Notes under the pieces: generated by a model | Seen by the model: only the letters and a program-made list of their open reading frames with translations | Told to the model about the DNA's origin: nothing | The model's database searches: none | Shown: in pieces, positions 1 to 7,620 of the stretch | Layout: the number at the start of each line of letters is the position of its first letter | How positions within the stretch are numbered: position 1 is the stretch's first letter | Assembly: GCA_030655775.1 (NCBI GenBank) | Contig: JAUSPI010000186.1 | Coordinates: 1 to 59,864, forward strand | DNA: 59,864 bases | From: Syntrophales bacterium | GTDB lineage: Bacteria > Desulfobacterota > Syntrophia > Syntrophales > JADFWA01 | Direction of reading: 5' to 3' | Position numbers and translations under genes: made by a program

Positions 1-130
1 GGCGGGATATAGCCGGCTCAAGGGTAACGGTTTGTTGAATACGCTGAATCATTGTCGTCGAAAATTGTTGTCCATAAATTCGCATGATCGTAGTATGCCA
101 TGCATTACCCCCGGTGTCAAGTGTGTATTA

Positions 131-232
131 AGACCAGCCACAGGGCGGGGCTTCCCGGTAAGGAATAATTTAATTATATTGCGCCCCTTGACCCGCCTAC
201 AAGGCGGGGCTTGCGGGGTGCGCTCCCGGTCA
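131..232 (+). repeat. Family C two-hairpin GC-rich intergenic element, copy C1 (left end degenerate)
   Basis: Aligns by eye with 13025-13137, 44454-44563 (rc), 53439-53630 and 59474-59549. Reads cacagggcggggcttcccggtaaggaa, AT-rich spacer, tatattgcgcccctt.accccgc.tacaaggcggggcttgcgggtgcgctcccggtca. Confidence 0.7.
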
Positions 233-269
233 AATCTTGATGCGCTCTCAGAGTCCTGTTTCTCAAAAC

Positions 270-1475
270 TCAAGCTTTTTTGATGACCAAAGCACTGTTA
301 TGGCCACCGAAACCGAAGTTTTCCACCACTACCGTATCTATAGAACATGTCTTCCCCTTTCGAACAAAGTTAATCCCTGGATGGCAGGGATCGTCTAAGT
401 TTCTTACCTCGGGGAGATAATCGTTTTGCATGCAGATAAGAGAGATGGCCAGCTCCAGAGCGCCACAGGCAGCCGATATATGCCCGATCCATGATTTCAG
501 CGCAATGACGCAAGGGGTGTGTCGATCATAGATGCGATTTATCATATTCGCTTCCATTGCATCATTGAGAAGCGTACCGGTTCCATGAGCAGAGACAACA
601 TCAACCTGATTGGGGGAAATTCCCGCCTCATGAAATGCCGTACGTACCGCCGTTTCTCCCCATTTTCCATCCGGGTCCGGAGCGGTCATGGCGTGACCAT
701 CAATCGAGCTCCCGAAACCAGAGATTTCACCATACATTTTTACTTCGCGTCTTTGTGCGTGGCCCATCTCTTCAAGGAGAAAAAAAGCACCTCCCTCCCC
801 GGGAACAAACCCGGCTCTTTTACTGTCAAAGGGCCGGCTTGCACTTTCAGGATCACCATCTCCGGCAAAAAGAGCATACGCTTTTTTGTAGGCGAGGAGT
901 CCTCCAGAACTTAAACGGGAATCACCTCCACCGGCAAATGCCAGATCCAGGTACCCATCTTTTATCTTTCGGAAGGCCTCACCTATGGCCTGCAGCGAAG
1001 CAGCACACGCAGCGGTTGATACAATGTTCTCTCCGTGAATTCCTGTTAATCTGGCAATAGAAGAAGCGGCAGTATTCGGGAGAAACTTCAAAATCCAGAG
1101 TGCCATAAGATCCTTCCGGTCCAGTTTTCCTTCCTGGATTTCAGGAAACTCCCCACCGATGTCGAGGTTGGGACCGGCTCCCGTGAACAGACCGGCCTTC
1201 CCAAGCAGTTCTTCGTCGATTCCTGCGTTTTTCACGGCCTCCATGGCCGATGCCGTTGAGAACTGCGCCCCCCTGTTCAGATAACGTCTGTCTTTAAATG
1301 GGCCGGTAAATTTTTTGATATCAAAGTTCCCTACGGGGCATGTAACCACACTGTCATCGAAAGAGGATCTTCCAAACGCAACTTTTCCGTTCTTCAGATT
1401 GTCAATGATCTGCCCCGGTGTAAAACCGAGAGAAGAAATGACTCCGATCGATGTAATGACAACTCTTCTCGCCAT
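270..1475 (-). CDS. beta-ketoacyl-ACP synthase, KAS I/II (FabB/FabF) family, biotin-cluster paralog
   Basis: 401-aa ORF with a thiolase-fold condensing enzyme and Cys-His-His motifs (STAACAAS, SAHGTGT, IGHISAACG). Its start lies 3 nt after the stop of the upstream ORF. Confidence 0.9.
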   Translation of the reverse strand: MARRVVITSIGVISSLGFTPGQIIDNLKNGKVAFGRSSFDDSVVTCPVGNFDIKKFTGPFKDRRYLNRGAQFSTASAMEAVKNAGIDEELLGKAGLFTGAGPNLDIGGEFPEIQEGKLDRKDLMALWILKFLPNTAASSIARLTGIHGENIVSTAACAASLQAIGEAFRKIKDGYLDLAFAGGGDSRLSSGGLLAYKKAYALFAGDGDPESASRPFDSKRAGFVPGEGGAFFLLEEMGHAQRREVKMYGEISGFGSSIDGHAMTAPDPDGKWGETAVRTAFHEAGISPNQVDVVSAHGTGTLLNDAMEANMINRIYDRHTPCVIALKSWIGHISAACGALELAISLICMQNDYLPEVRNLDDPCHPGINFVRKGKTCSIDTVVVENFGFGGHNSALVIKKA

Positions 1476-1477
1476 TC

Positions 1478-2122
1478 TTAAATCTCACGACAGATATCGG
1501 CAACGTTTATTCTTTCAGGTGCATCCGGTTTTTCATCCGGGAAGCCAACGGTAACAAAGCATTTAATCTTTACGTCCTCTATTCCAAGGATATTTTCCAC
1601 ATCCCGGACAAATGTAAAAGGTGCCGTCATGATACACGTACCAAGACCAAGCTCTTCCCCTTTGAGGAGAAATCCCTTTACGGCGAGGCCCACTGTGATA
1701 TCTATATCGGTATCACCTCTGCCAACTTTTTTATTTATCCCGGTCCGGGGCAATTTCCCTGAAGAACCCCGCTCTGGAGAAACCGCCCCCACAGCAAAAA
1801 GGACAGGTGCATCAAACATGAATTTCGAGAATCGCCAGTACATATTGATCCGGTTTTTCAGTTTATTCGGAGTGCTGCTTTTCTGTGCGCTTTGCAAACG
1901 TCTCTTTTGCCCATTAGCCATAGCCCGGTAAAGATTATCCCTGCTTTCGGGGGAGACAATTTTGATAAATCTAACCGGACGGCTGTTTTTGGGAGAAGGT
2001 GCCATCGCGGCGTAGCGAATCATGCTATTGATCCAATCCTCTGGGGGAACATCAGTTTTATATTTTCTTATACTTCTTCTCTTGTTAATAAGCTCATCTA
2101 AATGTGACATCACATCACCCAT
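1478..2122 (-). CDS. nitroreductase-fold flavoprotein
   Basis: 214-aa ORF with the N-terminal RRSIRKY motif typical of the nitroreductase family. Tightly packed upstream of the KAS gene. Start could be M1 (2122) or M5 (2110). Confidence 0.8.
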   Translation of the reverse strand: MGDVMSHLDELINKRRSIRKYKTDVPPEDWINSMIRYAAMAPSPKNSRPVRFIKIVSPESRDNLYRAMANGQKRRLQSAQKSSTPNKLKNRINMYWRFSKFMFDAPVLFAVGAVSPERGSSGKLPRTGINKKVGRGDTDIDITVGLAVKGFLLKGEELGLGTCIMTAPFTFVRDVENILGIEDVKIKCFVTVGFPDEKPDAPERINVADICREI

Positions 2123-2150
2123 AAAATGAATTCAAGCTAACAACTCTTCT

Positions 2151-2295
2151 CGTCATTCTGAACTGAACAGCGAGCACATTATTCTTCGAATTACTTCGTT
2201 CCCCGCTGCTTGCGGCGGGGTTAGCGAGCGAATAAAAAATAAATTTTTTCCTTTACAGTCGGAGATTCCCAGCAACTTGTTGCGGGGAGCTTCAA
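2151..2295 (+). repeat. Family D two-hairpin element, copy D1 (intercistronic, between ACP and nitroreductase genes)
   Basis: Near-identical to 52290-52415: gaactgaacagcgagcaca..tccccgctgcttgc.gcggggttagcgagcgaataaaa...cagtcggagattccc.gca.cttg.tgcggggagcttcaa. D1 carries an extra 20 nt (attattcttcgaattacttcgt). Confidence 0.8.
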
Positions 2296-2312
2296 TTTAT
2301 TTCAGAATCTCA

Positions 2313-2678
2313 TCATTCACTCCGCCAGGCTACATAACTGATAAGGTCTTTAACCTTGAGCGTGGGACCACCTTCGAGATCCGACATGATTTCTTCCACC
2401 CTGCTTTTGGTGAGGAACGGAAACTTATGCACAAGGTATTGCACGGTATCGCTCCCCTGCTCTTCTGCCTCGGTCATGTGAAACCTGAATGTCCTGAGAA
2501 AGAGTTCATCGTCTTTAACTTCTATATTAAATTTTGAGTTCAACGCCACCGCCAGCTCTAAAAGATCAATCGATTCTGCATCCAGATCTCTTATAACGTA
2601 GGTTTCAGGTGTAATCTCCTGATTTTCTATATCGAGGATTTCTATCAAAATTTTCTTTATTTGTTCTAAAATATCCAT
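2313..2678 (-). CDS. acyl carrier protein-like protein with C-terminal extension
   Basis: 121-aa ORF. The N-terminal ~75 aa look like an ACP, with a candidate phosphopantetheine serine in LDAESIDLLEL. About 40 extra C-terminal residues. Confidence 0.75.
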   Translation of the reverse strand: MDILEQIKKILIEILDIENQEITPETYVIRDLDAESIDLLELAVALNSKFNIEVKDDELFLRTFRFHMTEAEEQGSDTVQYLVHKFPFLTKSRVEEIMSDLEGGPTLKVKDLISYVAWRSE

Positions 2679-2735
2679 TTATACCTCTTAGATATCCCAC
2701 CCTGGGGGGAATTTACTTGCCTGATTGGGAGCGCT

Positions 2736-2764
2736 TTTATATCAAAGGGAGGAATATATGTCAA
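2736..2764 (-). promoter_or_regulatory. putative sigma70-type promoter of the ACP-nitroreductase-KAS unit
   Basis: On the minus strand, TTGACA (rc of 2759-2764), a 17-nt spacer, then TATAAA (rc of 2736-2741). The -35 overlaps the BirA operator half-site. Confidence 0.5.
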
Positions 2765-2788
2765 CCACAATTAAATTTCAGGTTGACA
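2759..2788. promoter_or_regulatory. second BirA-type operator (TGTCAACC-N14-GGTTGACA)
   Basis: Perfect inverted repeat TGTCAACC (2759-2766) / GGTTGACA (2781-2788). Lies in a 64-nt cassette (2727-2790) that is 59/64 identical to 8642-8705. Confidence 0.7.
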
Positions 2789-2871
2789 ATTGGGGTTAGC
2801 ATGGAATGATAATTGACTATGGTATTTGACCATGGTACACTTCTGCTATATTAATGGGAGGACATGTTTTT

Positions 2872-3120
2872 ATGAAAGAAGAGACTATCGCGATATCAAA
2901 ATTCAAGGCCACATGCCTGGCGGTTTTGAACAAGGTGAAACAAACAGGACAACCTGTTCTAGTTACGCGCCGGGGAGAACCTATTGCCCTTATTGAACCA
3001 CCCCCAAAACCACAGATGCGTGAGTCGTGGCTGGGAATGTTCCGTTCGAGGGGAACGATCACGGGAGATATTGTATCTCCTGCAGTCAGTTCACGTGAAT
3101 GGGAGGCTCTGGGGCAATGA
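2872..3120 (+). CDS. type II antitoxin, Phd/YefM family
   Basis: Starts MKEETIAISKFKATCLAVLNKVKQTGQPVLVTRRGEPIALIEPP. GGGAGG SD lies 9 nt upstream of the ATG at 2872. Its stop overlaps the toxin start (ATGA). Confidence 0.8.
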   Translation: MKEETIAISKFKATCLAVLNKVKQTGQPVLVTRRGEPIALIEPPPKPQMRESWLGMFRSRGTITGDIVSPAVSSREWEALGQ

Positions 3121-3533
3121 TGAAACTGTTACTGGATACACATATTTTATTGTGGAGCCTTCTGGATCCAGCACGCCTCGCCATGGAAGTTTCAGCAGAG
3201 TTGGAGAATCCCACCAATGAACTGTGGCTTTCCCCGATCAGCACATGGGAAATAATAATACTTGCTGAAAGGGGGCGCATTGTTTTGGATGCTGAACCGG
3301 CACACTGGATGAGGGATGTATTCAAAGCAATCGCTTTTAAAGAAGCTCCTGTTAATCATGAAGTCGCCATTCAGAGCCGCATGATTGATTTTGCCCAGGA
3401 GGACCCGGCTGACCGATTTTTGGTTGCAACGGCCATTGTCTATGATCTCACCCTGGTCACCGCTGACAGGTGGCTTATTGATTCTAAAGCGTGTTCTATA
3501 CTGCCAAATAACACAAGTTCACAAACAGGTTAA
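3117..3533 (+). CDS. vapC: type II toxin, PIN-domain VapC family
   Basis: MMKLLLDTHILLW... PIN-domain N-terminus. ATGA overlap with the antitoxin stop at 3117-3120. Confidence 0.85.
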   Translation: MMKLLLDTHILLWSLLDPARLAMEVSAELENPTNELWLSPISTWEIIILAERGRIVLDAEPAHWMRDVFKAIAFKEAPVNHEVAIQSRMIDFAQEDPADRFLVATAIVYDLTLVTADRWLIDSKACSILPNNTSSQTG

Positions 3534-3544
3534 GATGAAACTCA

Positions 3545-3705
3545 AAAAGGTTAGAACTTCTTCCTTTCTGGTTTGCAGGCACTTCTTCGCCCGTCCCGCG
3601 TCAACATAACCGGGGCGCAGCGTCACGATGGTGATTCCGCGTCCTCCCAATTCCTTTTCCAGATTTCCGTTCGCTTCGCCGGAATTTTGGCTGGTTTTTG
3701 GGGGC
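3545..3705 (-). pseudogene. relic of an SDR gene (homologous to codons ~190-240 of the SDR at 5140-5883)
   Basis: Translation ..LGGRGITIVTLRPGYVDAGRAKKCLQTRKEEVL matches ..LGERGITTVTLRPGYIDAGRGKTYMQTREEEVL of the intact SDR. The nucleotide alignment is visible but diverged. No N-terminal part or proper C-terminus. Confidence 0.55.
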
Positions 3706-3764
3706 AAGGAAACCAACAGGTTAACCCCTTTTTCGACAACATTGTATACCATTACACAAATGTC

Positions 3765-3793
3765 TTGACAATTATGCAGAGGTATGCATAATA
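3765..3793 (+). promoter_or_regulatory. putative promoter of the ATPase gene (leaderless arrangement)
   Basis: TTGACA (3765-3770), 17-nt spacer, TGc-ATAATA (3788-3793). The ATG at 3800 is 7 nt after the -10 and has no SD. Confidence 0.5.
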
Positions 3794-3799
3794 GGCCAC

Positions 3800-5038
3800 A
3801 TGGAAAGAATTGCAAGCACTTACATATTTGATCCTAAGATGACTGCCGGGAAGATGATCTTCCTGTCAGGTCCCAGGCAGGTCGGTAAGACCACCTTTGC
3901 GCAGATGTGGTTGAAGAATACCGGCGCCGAGGGTACATACTTTAACTGGGATGACCCGACGGTAATGGTGGAGTATAAGAGAAATCCGCTTTATTTCAAA
4001 AGTATCATAGAGGAAAGGTTTGGAAGAGAGCCCGTTCCGATTGTCTTCGACGAGATACATAAACATAAACAGTGGCGGAACATACTAAAAGGATTTTTTG
4101 ATATCAACAAAGAGAGAATGCAACTGCTTGTGACGGGTTCGGGTCGGTTCGATACCTATCAGAGATCCGGTGACTCCCTGTTGGGGCGGTACTTTTCATA
4201 TCAAATGTTTCCCATGGGTATTCCAGAGGCAGTCGGTGATTTTTCATATGTTATCAATAACGGTGACGTCTATGCCGACGGCGATAAACTGGCTAAAATC
4301 TCAAGGGACGCGATTGCAGAAGGGGCAGAGGAAGGATCCGAACTACTGTGGAAATTCGGCGGTTTCCCGGAACCTTTTTTAAGGGGGGAGGAAGAATTTC
4401 ACCGTCGATGGCAGAAAGATTACAAAACATTGATCGCACGGGAAGAGGTGAGAGATCTCTCGCAGATCCAGGATATCAGGGGTGTTGAAACGCTGGTAGA
4501 GGTGCTTCCTGCGAAAGTTGGTTCACCATTAAGTATAAAATCGCTCAGCGATGATCTGGGATATAACCAGAGGACAATAGCCCGATGGATCGAGGTGCTG
4601 AGTGCGTTATATCTTGTGTTTACTCTACGCCCCTGGCACAAAAAAATTGCCAGGGCAATAAAAAAAGAACCCAAGCTATACTTTTACGATTGGTCCCTCC
4701 TGTCTGACCGGGGGAATCGATTTGAAAACTTTGTTGCGGTAAGCCTTATCAGAATGGCGGCAAGGTTAACCGAAAAAGGTCTTGGTGAGTTCGAAATCAA
4801 CTATATACGGGACCGTGAAAAGAGGGAAGTGGACTTTGTGCTGGTACGGGACGGCAGCCCGATTTGTCTCTTCGAAACAAAAGAAGGCGGCAGGGACATC
4901 AGCCGCCACGGAAGGCATTTTAGTGAAAAACTGGGAATCCCGTACTACCAGATTGTCCGCCGGGCGGAAAGAGTAGAAGCGTTTCCAGGAAACTGTTTTA
5001 TTGTTCCGGCAACAAATTTTCTGATGCTGACGGGATAA
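3800..5038 (+). CDS. AAA-type ATPase with DUF4143-like C-terminal domain (COG1373-type)
   Basis: 412-aa ORF with Walker A GPRQVGKTT and Walker B IVFDEIH. The architecture is typical of stand-alone accessory ATPases. Confidence 0.85.
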   Translation: MERIASTYIFDPKMTAGKMIFLSGPRQVGKTTFAQMWLKNTGAEGTYFNWDDPTVMVEYKRNPLYFKSIIEERFGREPVPIVFDEIHKHKQWRNILKGFFDINKERMQLLVTGSGRFDTYQRSGDSLLGRYFSYQMFPMGIPEAVGDFSYVINNGDVYADGDKLAKISRDAIAEGAEEGSELLWKFGGFPEPFLRGEEEFHRRWQKDYKTLIAREEVRDLSQIQDIRGVETLVEVLPAKVGSPLSIKSLSDDLGYNQRTIARWIEVLSALYLVFTLRPWHKKIARAIKKEPKLYFYDWSLLSDRGNRFENFVAVSLIRMAARLTEKGLGEFEINYIRDREKREVDFVLVRDGSPICLFETKEGGRDISRHGRHFSEKLGIPYYQIVRRAERVEAFPGNCFIVPATNFLMLTG

Positions 5039-5115
5039 TATAGCACAGAGGTAAACCCTAAATTTCCATACAGCATGGCTAAAGCCCTGCCCCACATCTG
5101 CCCTTGTGTCTTAGT

Positions 5116-5135
5116 CTATCGGCTTTAGCCGATAG
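5116..5135. terminator. short hairpin between convergent ATPase and SDR genes
   Basis: ctatcggc-ttta-gccgatag is an 8-bp perfect stem. There is no clear U-tract. Confidence 0.3.
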
Positions 5136-5139
5136 CAGA

Positions 5140-5883
5140 TTACTTCCCCGCGGTCAGCCCGCCATCCAGGACAATTTCGGTGGCGTTAAAGCCCGCGGCG
5201 CTGTCTGAAAGGAGAAAGAGGATGGTTTCCGCCACCTCGGCTTCGGTAATGGCCCTTTTTATAGGTACCATCCTGAGAACTTCTTCCTCTCTTGTCTGCA
5301 TATATGTTTTTCCCCGCCCCGCGTCGATATAACCGGGGCGCAGCGTCACAGTGGTAATCCCGCGTTCTCCCAATTCCACCCCCAGGTTTTTGTAAAGCGC
5401 CTCCGAGGCCAGTTTGGCGGCCGCGTAAAAACCCTGACCGGGATTGGGCCTGTCCGCCGCCGATGAGGAAACAAAAACAAGACGCCCCCTTTTCTTTTTC
5501 AGCATCGCCCTTGACGCCCTTTTCAGGATTTCCGCGCGAAAAGAAATATTTTCAGCAAAATAACGGCGGACGCTGTCCTCATCGGCGGATGCTATATAGC
5601 TTTCAAAATCGCTTTGGGCGAAATCTACCAGAAAATCGATGTCGTCGCCGATCTGCTCAAACAGGGAATCCAGGGAATCACGGTCGCCGAGGTTGAGATA
5701 AAAATATCTGTATTTTCCCGCAAATGCCCCCAATTTTTCCGATATGTACTTCTGTCCCTTTTCGTTTCTGTAGGTCAGGATCGGAGAAAGAGACGCTTTA
5801 ATCACGCATTCGGCAAGAGCTATGGCAAGATCGCAACTGCCGCCCAGGATCAGGGTGCTATTGCCTGAAAAATTGAGTTTCAT
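5140..5883 (-). CDS. short-chain dehydrogenase/reductase (3-oxoacyl-ACP reductase-like)
   Basis: SDR catalytic YAAAK and upstream SSSA. Start chosen at MKLNFSG (5883) because it forms an ATGA overlap with the upstream hot-dog ORF stop. Confidence 0.85.
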   Translation of the reverse strand: MKLNFSGNSTLILGGSCDLAIALAECVIKASLSPILTYRNEKGQKYISEKLGAFAGKYRYFYLNLGDRDSLDSLFEQIGDDIDFLVDFAQSDFESYIASADEDSVRRYFAENISFRAEILKRASRAMLKKKRGRLVFVSSSAADRPNPGQGFYAAAKLASEALYKNLGVELGERGITTVTLRPGYIDAGRGKTYMQTREEEVLRMVPIKRAITEAEVAETILFLLSDSAAGFNATEIVLDGGLTAGK

Positions 5884-6164
5884 CTTTTCAAAACCCCTGT
5901 GACAAGCGCTTTGTCTCCCCGGTAAAGCCGGCATTTCAGCCGATCCGGCAAAAGCTCGATGCTGAAGGAGTACTCACCGGGAGGAACGAATTCTCGAAAC
6001 CTGAAATTTTCTATCGTGCAACCATCTGCCGTAAACCCGAGCGTTTTTCCTGCTTCTGAAAATGCATGAACTATCATACTACCCGGAACTACAGGACTTC
6101 CAGGGAAATGATCTTCGTAGATTCTGTCGGCCGGATCGAAGTAAAAAGTTCCTTTTGTTTGCAT
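5880..6164 (-). CDS. small FabA/FabZ-like hot-dog fold dehydratase
   Basis: 94-aa ORF carrying the DHFPGSPVVPGSMIVHAF motif (FabZ HFPxxPVxPG signature). Translationally coupled to the SDR. Confidence 0.75.
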   Translation of the reverse strand: MQTKGTFYFDPADRIYEDHFPGSPVVPGSMIVHAFSEAGKTLGFTADGCTIENFRFREFVPPGEYSFSIELLPDRLKCRLYRGDKALVTGVLKR

Positions 6165-6177
6165 GGGATGTCCTCAT

Positions 6178-6253
6178 CAGTAAGCAGTAAGCAGTAGGCA
6201 CTTTTTTTACTCCTTACTTCTTGCTGCCTACTGCTTACTCCTTACTGCCTACT
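6178..6253. repeat. Family F word-periodic palindrome (agtaagc/agtaggc heptads)
   Basis: agtaagcagtaggca (6186-6200) pairs perfectly with tgcctactgcttact (6225-6239). The arms extend as heptad words, and the bioA stop codon (6249-6251) lies inside the right arm. Confidence 0.75.
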
Positions 6254-7619
6254 CTTCCGTAACCGCCCTGATCGATCTGTATACAGCATCACAGAGCCTG
6301 TCCAGTTCATCTGTTGAGATGCTGAGCGGGGGCATCAGGATAATCACATCTCCGAGCGGGCGTATTATTACACCGTGCTTTCTTGCTTCCATTATTACAC
6401 TGTGTCCTATTCTATCTTTTGGGGGATAAGGTTCTTTCGATTCTTTATCTGCTACAAGCTCTATTCCCACCATAAATCCCCGCTGACGTATTTCGCCCAC
6501 GTGATCCAGTGATACGAATGGCTTCAAATTGTTTGTCAGGTGTTCGATTTTCTCCCGAAGGTTTTCCAGTGTCCGCTCCTCTTCAAAGATCTCCAGATTG
6601 GCCAGAGAAACTGCGCAGGCCAGGGGATTCCCCGTATAAGTATGTCCATGAAAAAAGGTCTTGAATTCGTCATAATCCGCTAAAAATCCGCGGTAGATAT
6701 CTTCGCTGGTGAGAGTTGCCGCCAGAGGCATATACCCCCCGGAAATACCCTTGGCTACGGCCATTATATCCGGCGTCACCCCTTCATGTTCACACGCAAA
6801 CATCTTACCTGTCCTCCCGAAACCAACTGCTACTTCATCGGCAATCATGATGACATGGTGTTTTGTACAGAGTTCCCTCACTTTTTCAAGGTAACCCAGG
6901 GGCTGAACCAGCATACCCGCGGCCCCCTGAACCAGAGGTTCAATCACAAAGGCGGCGGCCTCATGGCAGTGTGCCTCTATCGTCTCTTCCAGATTTTTGA
7001 AACATTCAAAATCACAGGAATCCTGAGTCTTTCCGAATGGACATCGATAACAGTACGGCGATTCGACATGGATGGAGGGAAAGAGAAGGGATTTATATGT
7101 AGCGTGGAAGAGACCGATCCCCCCCACACTAACGGAACCTATGGTATCTCCATGATACGCATTGGTAAGCGAGATAAATCTGGTCTTACCTGGATCGCCC
7201 GTATCTGCCTGCTGATGATACTGAAAGGCCATCTTGAGGGCAATCTCAACAGCAGTGGAACCGTTGTCTGAATAGAAGACCTTAGTCAGACCTTCCGGTG
7301 CAATTTCGATCAGTTTTTTCGCGCACTCGATGGCCGGAGGATTGGATAGTCCCAGCAGGGTTGAATGAGCAATCGTGCTGATCTGTTTTTTGAGGGCGTT
7401 ATCCAATTTTTCTTTTCTGTGGCCGTGTACGTTGGTCCAGAGTGAGGAAACGCCGTCTATGTATTCATTTCCGTAGGTATCCTTTAAGATGCATCCATTC
7501 CCCTCTTCGATTATGAGAGGGGTTTCCTTCACATAGTCCTGCATCTGGGTAAATGGGTGCCAGATATATTTTTTGTCATCAATTTCCAGTTGTCTGTTCC
7601 GCTCGGTCGTTGCTTCCAT
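6249..7619 (-). CDS. bioA: adenosylmethionine-8-amino-7-oxononanoate aminotransferase
   Basis: 456-aa class III aminotransferase with the BioA N-terminal YIWHPFTQM motif. Lies immediately downstream of bioB. Confidence 0.93.
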   Translation of the reverse strand: MEATTERNRQLEIDDKKYIWHPFTQMQDYVKETPLIIEEGNGCILKDTYGNEYIDGVSSLWTNVHGHRKEKLDNALKKQISTIAHSTLLGLSNPPAIECAKKLIEIAPEGLTKVFYSDNGSTAVEIALKMAFQYHQQADTGDPGKTRFISLTNAYHGDTIGSVSVGGIGLFHATYKSLLFPSIHVESPYCYRCPFGKTQDSCDFECFKNLEETIEAHCHEAAAFVIEPLVQGAAGMLVQPLGYLEKVRELCTKHHVIMIADEVAVGFGRTGKMFACEHEGVTPDIMAVAKGISGGYMPLAATLTSEDIYRGFLADYDEFKTFFHGHTYTGNPLACAVSLANLEIFEEERTLENLREKIEHLTNNLKPFVSLDHVGEIRQRGFMVGIELVADKESKEPYPPKDRIGHSVIMEARKHGVIIRPLGDVIILMPPLSISTDELDRLCDAVYRSIRAVTEE

Positions 7620-7620
7620 T

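Noticed and set aside
32-283. 83-aa and 74-aa ORFs at the left edge
   Set aside because: Both lie entirely within the family C1 repeat and flanking non-coding sequence. Their Arg/Gly/Pro-rich translations are typical of GC hairpins.
3519-3815. 98-aa minus-strand ORF between vapC and the ATPase gene
   Set aside because: Only its C-terminal third resembles an SDR. The rest runs through the ATPase promoter region. It is better explained as a read-through of a gene relic, so it is annotated as a pseudogene fragment.
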